From assembly GCA_976551045.1 (NCBI GenBank), contig CDPCPM010000026.1:15252001-15316000 (forward strand): a stretch of 64,000 nucleotides of DNA, written 5' to 3'. Of this stretch, positions 25,850-39,160 are shown piece after piece. How positions within the stretch are numbered: the stretch's first letter is position 1; every line of letters begins with the position of its first letter. A program made the translations under genes and the position numbers. Under the pieces are notes generated by a model. It had not been told where the DNA came from. It was given only the letters and a program-made list of their open reading frames with translations, and did no database searches. Source of the DNA: Glaucostegus cemiculus (Eukaryota).

Positions 25850-26625
25850 TTTTATGGGTTTAGCATTACTTTCTTTCCTCTGTAATCTATTTCTCTATTA
25901 ATAATAACGAAGGATTGTGTAATCTTTTGGAATAGTACTTTCAATTTGGCTGCACATTCAAAGGCTTGTATTGATATAAACACAAGTCCCTCTGATCCTG
26001 ATCCCCCTTTAAAACTGTAGCATCGCCTCTCCTCATTCTTCATACTAAGATGTATCACATCATACCCCTGAGTTAAATTCACATGCTGTGCGTATGAATA
26101 GTTAATCGGTTTGTCAATAGCCCCTTGAAATCTGTTACTATCCCCTTCATTTCTAAGCTTACGACATTTCTGAGTGTCATATCATCTGCAAACTTTGAAA
26201 TTATGTCTTGTATGTACATAACCTAGATTATTAATATATATCAAAAAGAACAGTGGTTCTAATATCAACCCTGGGGAACACCACTGCATACTTCCCTTCA
26301 GCCTGAAAAACAACTGCTCACCAGTATTCTCTGCTTTGTGTCTTTAGCAAATTTTGTATCCCTGCTGCCACTGTTCTTTAATCTCATGGGTTTTAATTTT
26401 GCTTACAGGTCTATTATGTGGTACTTTGTCAACCTCCTTTTTAAAATTCATGTACACATCAATCACTAATCCTTATTAGCCGTCTCCATTACTTTATCAA
26501 AGATTTTGATTAATTTACTTAACACAATTTGTCATTAAAATATTTGAACTACCTTTTGTTTATTAGACAATAGTCTCCCAAATGGTAATTCATTGTGTCC
26601 CATATCACTGATTGACCAGGATATC
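25850..26625 (-). mobile_element. CR1 RT fragment
   Basis: Reverse strand SGVPQGLILEPLFFLIYINNL...ISKFADD...EIDYRGKKVML. Confidence 0.9.
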
Positions 26626-26940
26626 TTCTAGGGACAGACATTCAAACCAGAAACAGAAGCCTAGGTTTCCCCACATGCCATGGAATTTTAAGGGGTTTAA
26701 ATGCCATCAATCCTTGGTGTTCCTGTGTTATCTGTCTTTTTCAACCTTGCCAGACAACTACCTACCTACCATTTCCCAGAACTCTATACATCTGTGGGTC
26801 TGAATGCGCATTCGAAGATATTCTCAGCTTTCTATGTGCCCTGTTGTGAGACCAATTATTCTCAAATCAGGAAATGTATCCATGGTTGTATAAGACATAT
26901 GAAATGTTCTGAACACATCATACAGGAATGAGTCTTAAAT

Positions 26941-27197
26941 GGGCGGCACGATAGCGTAGCGGTTAGCGCGATGCTGTTGCAGCGCCAGTGATCGGGGTTC
27001 GATTCCCGTCGCTGACTGTAAGGAGTTTGTACGTTCTCCCGTGTCTGCATGGGTTTCCTCCGGGTGCTCCAGTTTCCTCCCAAATTCTGAAAGATGTACG
27101 GATAGGTTAATTTGGTGGTTTAAAAATGGGCGGCGCGGACTCATTGGGCCGAAAGGGCCTGTTACCACGCTGTAAATAAAATTTAATTTAGTTTAAT
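26941..27197 (+). mobile_element. Young tRNA-derived V-domain SINE with CR1-type tail
   Basis: A box tagcgtagcgg, B box ggttcgattcc, V-domain gggtttcctccgggtgctccagtttcctccca, tail gggccgaaagggcctgtt; CpGs retained; close copy at 59080. Confidence 0.92.
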
Positions 27198-27779
27198 ATA
27201 TCATTATTCTCATAAATTGGACTGATTATTCATATATCTATTGTTGGCTCTTTAAATTACCTAGCATCTTCTTATCCCTCTACGAAATTCCCATTCTCAC
27301 CAAATTCATACTGCCCATGCTATTTCCCGAATAACCCTAGTACTGTGTACACAGCTTTTCTGAGCAACTAAAAGAGAAAGCAATGCACAAAGGATCAACA
27401 TAGCTGCCTTAGCCTTGCTCTTTACTGATGCTGGATTCAAATAAGGTTTACAAGAACTAAAGAGAAACCAGGTCCCAGAAGAAAATGGCATCAGACAATA
27501 TGATTGCTAAATATAACCAATACCCTCAACACCTTTACTGGCTACCTGGTGCACTTCTGACATATGTGCAAACCGTCCTATTTCCTGCAACTCAGATCAA
27601 CTGCGTATCCATTTTAAGTTACATTTAATTTATAGGCCATTTAGCTTAAATCAATCTAATACACATGATTTTAAAGGTAGGGTGATTTTCAGCCCAAACA
27701 GGAGTACTCTCTTTTGGTGCATCTCCTGCAGTAGATTTACAAGATAGCATTAAAGGGACCAACACTACTCACATGTCTT

Positions 27780-28325
27780 CATAAGTCATTGGTGAGACCA
27801 AATTTGGAATATTGTGTGCAGCTCTGGTCGGCGTCAGTAAGATTGAAAGAGTGCAGAGGAGATTTACTAGAATGTTGCCGGGTCTTCAGGAGTTGAGTTA
27901 CAGGGAAAGACTGAGCAGGTTAGGACTTTATTCCTTGGACCGGAGAAGAATGAGGGGAGATATGATAGGGGTTTACAAAATTATGAGGGGTATAGACAGA
28001 GTTAATGCAAGTAGGCTCTTTTCACCTAGGTTAGGAGAGATAACATGACTTGAGGGTGAAAGGGAAGAGGTTTAGGGGGAACATTAGGGGGAACTTCATT
28101 CAAAGAGTGGTGGGAATGTGGATGGGCTGCCGTCTGATGGAATCTAAATGCGGGATCACTCTTAACTTTTTAGAGTAAATTGGATAGATACATGGACGAG
28201 AGAGGTCTTGAGGGGTATGGGCTAGGTGCAGGTAAATGGGACTAGCAGAATAATGTTTCGGCACAGACTAGAAGGGCCGAATGGCCTGTTAACTGTGCTG
28301 TAGTTTTCTATGGTTTCTATGGTTT
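27780..28325 (+). mobile_element. Relatively young CR1 3' fragment
   Basis: IERVQRRFTRMLPGLQELSYRERLSRLGLYSLDRRRMRGDMIGVYKIMRGIDRV; tail ttctatggtttctatggt. Confidence 0.95.
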
Positions 28326-29521
28326 CACTGTATCATTCTGGAAAAATTAGTCCGTTTTCTCATTCCCAAGAAACAGCTTACTTTATCTAGCAAAGTCCCA
28401 CCTTTTAGAGGTTATCCCCATGTCTGATCATGTGGTCCTGCCAAGTTGCTAAAAACAAGTTTTCCCTTTTGACTATTGTCTAGTTAATTGAGACAGAAAG
28501 TCAAAAATACAAAATTCAGCAGGGCCAGCTCTCTATGCCAGAAATATGAATGCCCCTGTGCTATAAAAAAGCTAAAGTTTTCAACACTGCAAACAGACCT
28601 CTGGTGCACCACAATAACTCCAACGATCATGAATATACAAGGATCCAATCCTCATTTCAAAGAACTCAAATAAACAAAGAAAAGATTCCGTGCTCTGATC
28701 AACATTGCCAGCTAAGTAGCAACAGACACAATTAAAGATTCAATTTGCTGATATAACCAACTATATATTGTATGAACTAAATGCATAGAATGTCAGGTAG
28801 CCCCAGCAACATTAAGACTTCCTAATTATGTAAATTAACTTCTACTGGCTAATTGAAATCCACTACAGATGCAATTAGCTTATCTGAATTTGCACACCAG
28901 TGTGGTCCCAGCAGCGTGTCGGTAGTCAAGCATCACTCATCTGAAACCTGTTAACAGTCAAGGTAAGATTTCCCTTGGTCCACACAAGCCAGGTTCAGGA
29001 ATCCACGAGGGAATGCAGACCTCCCACCTCCCTTGTCACAGACAACCCACATGATAATGAGACTCAGTTCAAACTCGCTTCCCATGACTTATCTCAATAC
29101 AGGGAACTGTTCCCTCAGCTTCCCTCTACCCACAACATTCCTACCACTCAACCTTTCCTCCTGCCTGAGGAGATCCGGGAGGTAAGATCATCTGCTCCTC
29201 AACCTGTGGGGCTTAGGGCAGTTTGACACATATCTCAGCTGTTACTCCTCCAATTCCTGTCATAAAAACTGAGCAATATTTTTCAAGGAGAATTAAGAGG
29301 TACATTGCGGTTCAATCCAGGATAAAAGAGAATATATTAGGAACCAATAATATATAACTGGTGTAATTTTTAAACATATTACATTAATCTGTCACAGAGT
29401 ATGTTTTCTACTGTTTCTTTTATTGATCATTTAAGTTAAATGCAAAAACATTTTTTTTTAGTCTTTTATCATGTTTTGTTATGATATCAGTAATATTGAT
29501 TTAATTAGTAGTAGCTCAAAA

Positions 29522-29855
29522 TATAAGGATGTAAGAACATAGGAAATAGGATCAGGAGTAGGCCATACAGCTCCTCAAGCCATTCAATAAAATCATGGCT
29601 TATCTACTTATGTACCACTTTCCTGCTTGATCCCACATATTCCTAATTCGGCTAATATCTAGAAATCCACTGAACTCAGTTTTGAATGTAAACAATAACA
29701 TCAGGAGAATAATTCTAAAAATTTACCACCCTCTGTGTGAACAACTTTCTCCTTGTTTCAACCCTAAATATCCCACCCCTTATTTTAAGATTGTGACCCC
29801 TAGTTCCAGACTTCTAGGGGAAACACCTTCCCCAGAACTTCCCTGTCAAGCCCCA
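29522..29855 (-). mobile_element. CR1 3' fragment
   Basis: agaacataggaaataggatcaggagtaggccat...ttttaagattgtgacccctagttccagac (reverse TRGHNLK). Confidence 0.85.
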
Positions 29856-30239
29856 CGTTAATAGGGCCCTATGATAATATGTTGATTACTTTCTCATTTT
29901 TGACCTACCAATTGCCCTGTCAGAAAAATCTGAAACTTGGATAACATCATAGGTAAGGTCAATACTGATAACTGAATTTGAGCAGTCATGGATCAGACAA
30001 TGTAGTATTCTTCTTCGTGATCAAACTACTCAACATCTCAGCCAGGAATTCAATCTCTCTGATGCCAGTCTAAGAATGAATCCTCGTCAAATGCAATGGA
30101 GGCGGGCTTTTTGAGTTTGCAAACTTCTCATTGAGTTTCAATTTCACAATTACCCTGGTGATCTAGTAGCTTGTCCTTGGTTTGCCATAGCAACTCATTT
30201 GCAAATAGCACAGTCAAGAGAATAAAAACATCATGACTT

Positions 30240-30430
30240 TAGGGGAATACTGGACAATGACCTGCAAGATTTATCACACAGGAGTTGGATGTTTTTCCTC
30301 AAGCATAGGTCAGGGATGTCATGTGACACCTGCAGAGTAAAGTGTAAGCAGTCAGTGGCATCCTGGACTTTGAGGAAACCTGCAATGCCAGCAAAGCCAT
30401 GTGCATGCTCCACCCTTACTATTCACCGGC
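30240..30430 (-). mobile_element. Harbinger (HARBI1-like) transposase fragment
   Basis: EHAHGFAGIAGFLKVQDATDCLH...NIQLLCD, cf. GF..IAGFP.V.GAIDCTH...NVQ.VCD around the first catalytic Asp; internally deleted. Confidence 0.8.
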
Positions 30431-31054
30431 AAAAAAGACAGTTATCACTTTTTATATAAAGTACATCAATGGCTTCCCTTTATGCAACTACAGGTAGCAA
30501 ACTCCAATATAGGAGCTCTGAAATAGGCCTTTATTAAATATTGAACTAAATACCATGCTGGCTGAATTCCAAATGGAATGCATTCCGGCATTCAAATTTA
30601 ACTACATCTCAGATTTATATGCATGCGTTGAATCCAGAATTTACTGACAGATTCAAAAAGCCAAATCCATCACTGAACTCTGTTGCTGAGATCCTTATGG
30701 AAACCAACAGTGGGGCCAAGTCATGTTGGAACTCCCCAGAATTATGCTGGGAAATGGCCAAACAGATTTAGGTTGTATATTAGTCCAAACCCAGCATGGG
30801 AATGCCATTAATTTCAATGCAGATTCAGTTGATTAGCAGACAAATGGAAGGTGACAATTTTTAAATTATTTTGCTCCTTTACTAAGTGATGAGAACTGGG
30901 TTTCAGTCCCCCCAATAGGCAGTTCTGTTTGAGTTTTTACTTTCAGCAACTGCATAGTTGGGAGAAGGATCAGACCTTTTCAAAGAGGAGGAAGGAAAAA
31001 CTGACGGGTAAGTTATTATTTTAAATTTTTCATAAACATTGTTGAGTTGCTGAA

Positions 31055-31405
31055 GGGCAGCATGGTGTTGCTGAAGCAGCACTACTGCCCCAGAGCTCCA
31101 GTGATCCAGATTCATTCCTGAACTTTGGTGCTATCAGTGTTGAGCTTGCACATTCTTCCTGTGATCGGGTGGGTTTTCCCAGGTACTCCAGTTTTCTCCC
31201 TCAAGCCAAAGATGTGCTGGTTGGTAGGTTGATTGGCCACTGTATATTACCCCGACTGTGGGTGGCTTGGGTGGGACATTGAGGGATATGTGAAGCAGAA
31301 TAAGTTACAGAAAATGAAGTGAGGAAATGAGATTGATGGAATTGCTCTGAAAGCCAGCATAGACTTGATGGGCTTAATAGCCTCCTCTATTTCATAAGAA
31401 AACAT
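31055..31405 (+). mobile_element. Older V-domain tRNA-SINE
   Basis: Decayed tRNA head, gggtgggttttcccaggtactccagttttctccc, tail gatgggcttaatagcctcc. Confidence 0.8.
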
Positions 31406-32464
31406 GGTCAATACAGAATATGGATTTAAAGAAGCCACATTTACCCTCATATTTTAATAAAGTATCATAACAGAAACTCATTACAAGTTTGCACCATCAA
31501 GTTTTGATGGTCCATCAATAAAAATCTACTTAATAGTAAATCCTCTTAATAAATGTGAAACACCAAGATGCATTGTGATGCATATTAATTGATTAAAATA
31601 TTTTTTGTTATGATTAATTTTACATCTGACATTGTTTAAGCAAAAGCCCTATGGTGCAGTCATAATTCCTCTTATAGTACCCAGCAGGATAGGTGTCAAA
31701 TAACTGAAAACTTCACTCCAAGTTAGATCTAGCCTTATATTCTGCATCGGGCAAACATCGTTAGCTTAACTACTTAAAACAGATTACATGTTGTATTTAA
31801 AATTTAAAACAGATGGTCAGGCAACAATATAGTGCTACTGAACCAATCTTTACATTATTTTGTATAACAACAAAATTTTTGAAGTTCTGTTCATATTCCA
31901 GTAGTCTATACTTGTTTTCAAATCAGCATTCATCAACCTGTAGAATACCAGCCTTTACTATCACTGAAAATAACTTACAGATAACAAAGCAAATAAAATG
32001 AACAAAGACCAATAAAAAATATATACTGCTGAAATAAAAAATAGTTGCTGTATTTCCAGCTGCAAAATCGGACCTCTGAATACATTCTTAAAAACTGATA
32101 ATTATCACCAATATTCCCAATGAATGTCAGCACAAACAGCATTTGTCTGCAAATTAAATATTTATCTTAAGTATGGAAATTTCTATAAATTTGTTTTGAA
32201 AAGCATGCAGTCCCATTAAAGCCAAGAAACAATGTACAATACTATCCCATATTATGTTCGATAATCTATTGAAGTCCTCTACTTATTGTTTCCAATGTTA
32301 TTTAAAATTAACACTACAGACAATAAATCAAAGCTACATTAATGTCTAAGTATTGTAAATGGTCAACCGTGATTCAATAGCATCACTTTTATTACGACAA
32401 CAGACTTGAACAGTTCTCACTTAAAATTTTAAAAGAAGTCTCAGAGTAACTATTCTGGGACTTT

Positions 32465-33110
32465 GTCATAGAATATACATCAAAGAACCTGCCCATGCAA
32501 CCCAAATGCTGCATGCCAGTATTTAAACTCCACACACCCTTCCCATTCCATTTACGTCATTTAAGTTTGACGCATTTCTTTTATTTCATTTCTTCATAAA
32601 TACATCTACTTTCCTTTTGAAATTCCAAACTGTTGCCTAAGTAAGTAACATTCTAATAATACTTTGGAATAAAGAAATTTCTCTTTATTTCTTGATACAA
32701 TTTATCAGCAACTAACATATTAATGAACCCCCAAATAGGTTCTCCCACAAGTGAAGGTACTCTCTCTATATCTGCTCTGTTCAACAAATTCATAATTTTA
32801 AACATCTCTATCAGTTCTCACTGAAATATCTTTTCCTAAAGAAGAAAACCCTAACCTGTTCAATCTTTGCTCACAGCTGTAACCTCTCTGTTCTGATACC
32901 ACCCTTGTAACTTTTCCCTCACACTTTCTCCATTGTGTCAATAACCTTTATCCTTTTAATGGAGATCAGAATTGTGTGCAGTATTTTAAATATGCCATGA
33001 CAATGTCCTATACATGTTTTACAAAACTCTATCATGTTTGAATTCTATTTCCTAGAAATAAATAGTAATTTATTAGTATTTTTAATTGTTTCATTGGCCT
33101 ACTGCTTACC
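32465..33110 (-). mobile_element. Old CR1 3' fragment
   Basis: tcatagaa tail; ggagatcagaattgtgtgcagtattttaaa (reverse YCTQF*SP). Confidence 0.7.
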
Positions 33111-35617
33111 TGTATTCCTAATTTCCTTTGTTCTTCTACTTCATTCCTTATTTTCTAAGGTGTATGTGCTGGAACAGTATTTGCTAACTCACATCAATAT
33201 ATATCATAACATACATTTGACACATAACTATACAGATGGCAAGTTTTGTACCATCCTCTTGTTATTGGCTGGGATTATGCTGACTGGGGGCCACATTCAT
33301 TGCTCAAAGTCACTATTACGAGGTTCAGGTTTTTAAAACTTATTGGTAGACAGTATCTTGGATGCAATTGGTAAGCCCCTGCACAATATTATCAGATTGT
33401 GTCTATAAACCAGACAAGACTCGCCAATAAAATAGCAGAAAACCTTTGATAGATTGCAAAGATGGCAAAGACATAAGCCCAGCTCTTTCTCTGAGATTTC
33501 ATACAATTAAAAAGTTATCAGAGGTGTAATAAACAATTAACACATAAAATCATAAGAAATAAAAGTTATCTAAAATAGTTCAAAGACTTTTGAAAATAAG
33601 CAAAATATCAATGCAATCACAAACAGTTTAGAAATGTAATTTACTTTTGTCTTTCTCTTTTCTTCACAGTTGTAAAATCTCCAGTGAAATAAATGGGATT
33701 GTAAATGCTGCCAGAGATTAAACCTGGCAAAGGATCTGTGAACAGATTCCCCAGTGTTAAATGCTGGGGAATCTCAGTGAGTTCCTGATTACCAATGGAT
33801 TCCATGCAAAACCCAGTGACAGGATTCTGTCAGCAAGTTTGGGACTCCCTTATTTTAAGAATAATGTCAATATTGAAGTGCATTAATAAAAAGGCAGGTT
33901 AACTAACTATTTGTAAATGATTCACATAATGTGCTAAAACAACTTGCAGATTAATTTCCAAATGCAAATTTTTGTTGCAGTACTTTCACAAGACTAATGT
34001 TCATCACGCTTATTTTCATATAAGCTATTATGGAGGATGGTTCTGTAAGGAGGCAGAAGTAGTAATGAGTGAGATGCTCCATTTGCAGTTGGAACCACAG
34101 ATATAAATATAAACCACAGCTATAAAAGCTATCATGCTGGTAATAATTAAGGAAGTATTACAAAAAATAAGTTTCAACAAACAAATTTCTGTTCACTCCT
34201 ATACCAAATACCATTCATTTTGAGACAAACAGCGAATTAATTTGATTTCTTGTTCAAAGTACTGATGATGCCTTTGCCTCACAGCCAGCAAGATTTAGGC
34301 AGAAGTATTGAGCAGGCCAAGGATGCAGTTGAGAAGCATGACATATACAATTTATTATTATTATTTTTTAGTAACACATACACACATTTTGCCAGCATGT
34401 AATCATGTTGATGTTTCGGCATGCAGAATGTACCAACTTCCCATTTTTGGACAATGAGATATGAATAAGGTATTCTTATGGTATGATGATCAATTCTCAT
34501 CAGTTCATCTAGTTCACATATAGGAATATCTTAGCAAAACAGCAGCATACTGGAGCCAAGGTGTTCCAACTCCATTATGTAAAATCCAAGATCACATATA
34601 TTCTACCTTACCTTTGCATACCATGCTTTATCTTTATTCACACATCTTCAACATTTTCATAACATTTTTCTCCTCATAAATGTAATTATTATTAATGCAG
34701 CCTGATAAGAAATCCCTATTTGACTATTAAATGGATAATTATGAATAGTTTGTGCCTCATAAATTAATTTATCCCCATCTATTGCTCAAACTTGACAGTG
34801 ATTAGTGATTTAAGTACAATCCATCCTTCATTGTATTGGCTCTCCTTGGAAAGGAAACCCTCTCATTTAAGGTTTTCTCTTTTGGAATTTTAAAGCATGA
34901 TTGAATCTTTCATGCCATTGCAGAATTTGAGTTCAGAAGAAATATACTATTTTGGGTATGGAAGAGTATGGATTAGAAAGTTTGGGGGAATAATTGAAAG
35001 TGGACATGGATCCAGATGTTGAAAGCGGACAGGGATCAGATGCAGGGAGGGGAATAAGAAAAGTGGGGAAGATGAGTGTGACAGTAGGAAAAAAGTAGTA
35101 GTCTGGGAGTCTTGTAATTCAGGAAAGGACAGGGCCAATTCTTCAATGTTCGGATAACTAAGGTTCTTTAGGAAACTTTTTTCAGCTATCAAATTTATTC
35201 ACTGCAAAAAATGGCTTCAGGTTTGCAAGCTATATCTTTGCATTGAAACAGGAAACTTAAAGACAAGGAGCCAGACAATTTTATACAGGATTGGGTGGTG
35301 ATCACGTTTTATCAAACCTTTTCACTGGAAGTCACAATTACAGCCCTTAGAAATATTGTGGAGACTGTGAGGAGATTTTGGGTAAATTGTTAAATTTATA
35401 TTGTGAAATGTTGTGACTTTAGCTTGAATTTAGATGTGAGTAAGGAACTAGATTACAAATCAAACAGAAGAAATGCCACATCATTTCTCAGATTTTTATC
35501 AAGAAACCTAAAAAGTTCAAGTGGTGATGTGGAATTAGATTAGAAATGAAATGCATTTGTTCATCTATGGATTTTTATACAATGGCACAGATTTTCCTGT
35601 CAAAATAATTCTGGAGG

Positions 35618-35745
35618 CACAAGAGACTGCAGATGCTGGAATATGGAGTCCTGAGGCAGGATCTCAACCCGAAACATTGACTATCCCTCTGTCTCCACAG
35701 ATGCTGCCAGACCCACTGAGTTCCTCCAGCAGTTCAGTTTTTAAC
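35618..35745. mobile_element. Penelope-type terminal-repeat fragment
   Basis: gactgcagatgctggaa joined to cctgaggcagg...cccgaaac...cacagatgctgcc...gagttcctccagc; related copies at 45620, 46505, 48725, 49290, 53488, 61100. Confidence 0.7.
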
Positions 35746-37905
35746 GAATGGTGAAGGCAGATGTGCTCACTATTGTTTATGTATACCATCAGGCATATAT
35801 GTAGCTAATCCCAAAAATGTTAAATTCTTGTCCAGGATGTGCTGTTTGATCACTAGCTTTCCGAAATGGTAGTAAGTCGTACTATTGAAATTCAATGAAT
35901 GGTGTGAAGTTGCTGTACCTTCACATTCAATGGAGTCTCTTGTGTCTCCATCTCTCTTACTCTACTTGATTTGACATTGAATTTAACAAACTTATTTCTC
36001 AGTCCTTGCAAAATTATTTCATAGTCCTCCAATCTTATAGTTATATAGCTGTTTCTGTTCTTCACACAGATACCCTGATTTTCTGTCATCTCACTGCAAC
36101 AATATAGACTTGCACTTTCAACAACCTGCTATGCAAAAATTTTAAAATCCTGAACATGCAAGCACAAGTCTAATTAATGTCAAAATGTTGTCAAATGAAC
36201 TGGCCCAACAGGTTATGCAGAGGGATCCAATTTATTTTTTTTCTGGACAACAATGTAAGAATTATATAGGACTACAATAATTATGATATTATGAGGGATG
36301 AAGAGGAATAACAATTGAATAACATTCATCACCTCAATAATGACAAGTCTCAGGTTATGAATCTAAAATGAATATCACATCCTGACTTGAAAAGACTGTA
36401 AATAAAACAAGATCAAGATAAAAGCCATGGTAGTTGTTATTATTAGAATCGGTTTAATTATAAAATTAAATTATTAGTAATTCATTCTACAACTGAGGTC
36501 CAGAAGTAACATGCTGATTATTGAAGGTAGATGTTTAACACATCTTCACATGATGTTTCTTTATCTACTATTTTAATGGAGGTCTTAGTTTAAAATGATA
36601 GCATATTAGCTCCTATGTTTATGCACAATTTGCACATAAGATCTATTTGCCTGACCTTAACCTGAAAGTGCCCATTTGCTTGAAAATTTACCCACTGGGA
36701 AATTGGACCGGGCACATCTGGATGCTATTCACTGATGTTATTCCTGCATCATCTGATGCTATGATGACATCATCAATAATCACAACAGTTCCTTGAGCAC
36801 TGGAGCACCAATCTGCAAACTGAGACCATTTTTAAACTTTCACTAAAACAAGGAACAAATCCCACAACAAATTAGCTTGGAGACTTGCACTAAACAGTCC
36901 CAACTGGGATATTGATGTATTACCATCTGCATGTGCCTGCCTGAATTTTCAATGCTATTCTGTTTTATTACATAATTGCTGTGTCTCACAGGGCTTATTG
37001 CGGACTTCAGAAATCAAGATATGCTTTGACCTTGGCCTGAATAATGAGCTCATACCTTGTAGTGGCGTAGAGGCCACTCATGGAACCAGTTGTGGATGGA
37101 AAAGTTAAATGAAGATATTTAGGGATTTTATTTATTTCAGTTAATATTAATGCTTTTAATTAAGTTACATTCATAAATTGCATTTTAAATATTTTTAAAG
37201 CTTCCATTGTTTTAAATAATTTAATATGTAACATTATTTAAATCTGTTTGGACTGCATATAAATGCCTCTGATTATCAGAGACATTTAGAGACATGGAAA
37301 AGGCTTTTGATGGCATGAACTGTCCAAAGACTATCTCAGAGTTCTGCAGGGGGAAGCCTCAGGTTCCAACACCTAAGGTTCAGTTACCATTCACAGACTG
37401 CTCCATTTCATGGGATGGCTGCAACAGCAAAGCCTTGTGTTCAATTTAAATCTGTGGTCTGCAAAAAGCTAGAACAGCCACAGAGGCAAATGCAATGTTG
37501 GGCCAGGTCAGGCACAATCCAGCCGAATAGAACCACTTCCACAACTGCCACTACAATACTGATTAAGGATGTCAATACTAAGTGAGTAATCTTAACAAAT
37601 CTTGACAACCTTAAATTTCAAATTGTTCAGCTGTTCTCACAGAACTGTACAATGCCAATGTGATAAAAAATTAACAAATCTTGCAACTTAGTAGTTATTG
37701 GGGCAATTACTTTTATTAATGAGCCAAATGGTTTCAAATTAACAATTTATGAAAGGAACTTTAAATACCTCGTCCAGAGATGTATTTAAAAGATGTATCT
37801 ATAAAGTGCCCTTGAAGATTGTAAGGCAAAATATATGCATCACTAGAAATTTTAAAAATAAATACGTGATGGTTTATGGAAAACAAACCATTAAGAAGCA
37901 TGAAT

Positions 37906-37937
37906 AGAGCAACTCATAAGGAGAGCAACTCATAAGG
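37906..37937. repeat. Perfect 16-bp tandem duplication
   Basis: agagcaactcataagg x2. Confidence 0.95.
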
Positions 37938-38819
37938 AAAGCATCTCACAAACCACTTGATCTACGTATGCATTGTTTGTGCAGTACATATTGATTATAA
38001 CTGCTTTTAAAATGCTATTTATTGGTACTTGCAGGTGCTCCCAAGATATGATAATAGATATGGCTACATATATTTCACTAGAAGAACAGAGAATAGATTT
38101 TGCAGATGAAATTCTAAAGTAGGGTAACATTATTCAGGTCTTTGTTATCTATTATCTAAATAAAGTTGCCCGACAGGTCTTACAGCTTGCTTCAGAGCTT
38201 CAGAAATGTCTTAAGCACTCCACTTAAATGCCATGAATAATAATGTTAAAAGCACATACATCACATCTCAAGAACCCAGTATGGCAGTATTACAGACATA
38301 TTTTGTGTCATCATGTTTCCAGTCACAGTTAATCTTTGCGTAATTTTGGACAGATTTTCTGTATGGATCTTATCTTTTGATGTTAATAATATTAAAGTGG
38401 TCACTTAGGAAAGCATTAACCACTCAGCATAAATCATTGATCTATATGTCACAACTATTGCAAAATAATGTATATGGAAACAGCATGAGTGATGCGGCAA
38501 AAGAACTCTTTGGCAACTTGATGCAATGTAAAATCAACCAAACTACTGCCATGCCACCACCTTAAGGCTATTGCTGATTTGTGTTCCTCATAAAATTAGT
38601 TTCTACTTATAATAAGGATGAAAAACTTGTGAAATAAATTACCAGTAAAGGAGATTAAACCAGATAGTATAGATGGAAACAAAACATAATTCTGAGGAGA
38701 GAGTAGGAAATAAGGGGGAAAATGGAACACTTTTGGAAAGAATTGTTTTTTTGGCAATTTGGCAATTTCCTAGCATCTCAAACTTCTTTTAAAGCTGGAT
38801 TATTTGCCACTAAAAAAAA

Positions 38820-39160
38820 TTTAGCTTGGCTCCTAACTGTGAATCAGAAGATTCTGCACTTAATTGCACTCAAGACCAGGGTCAGTTAAGTGTCATGTTG
38901 CATTAGTAGCCATAGTGTAGGTTAACCATTCCAGCAATTAAGGTGAACCTTAAATATCTCCTGGCACAATTATAAACAAAGCATAATATTGTTCGAATGT
39001 TCTGGCCACCATTCTTCCTCTAGCCATTAACACCAAAGACAAGTTCATTCTACTGACTGTAGAATTTTTCTGCTGGCAAAATGGATGCCTTGCTTGTCTA
39101 ACTAATTAAAGCCACTTTAATTTATCATATGTGAACACTACATGGTGTTTATGAAGGAGC
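38820..39160 (+). mobile_element. Old Deu-domain-type SINE
   Basis: tRNA-like head (gaatcagaagattctg), tgttctggccaccattcttcctc, tgctggcaaaatggatgcc. Confidence 0.55.

Noticed and set aside
26941-27010. tRNA gene
   Set aside because: A/B boxes belong to a SINE head followed by V-domain and LINE tail; no complete cloverleaf.
26862-27168. Similar ORFs MGGNWSTRRKP... here and at 59028-59222 suggesting a gene pair
   Set aside because: Antisense translation of the SINE V-domain.
27812-28048. 78-aa ORF as a host gene
   Set aside because: C-terminus of CR1 ORF2.
29100-29225. Possible Rex1 3' remnant
   Set aside because: Only a faint LLP..R..R echo; too degraded to call.
30181-30194. RFX X-box-like TTTGCCATAGCAAC
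   Set aside because: One mismatch, next to a transposon remnant, no promoter context.
34260-34402. SQQDLGRSIEQAKDAVEKHD resembling a spectrin repeat
   Set aside because: Frame runs into low-complexity AT sequence with no credible donor; no companion exons.
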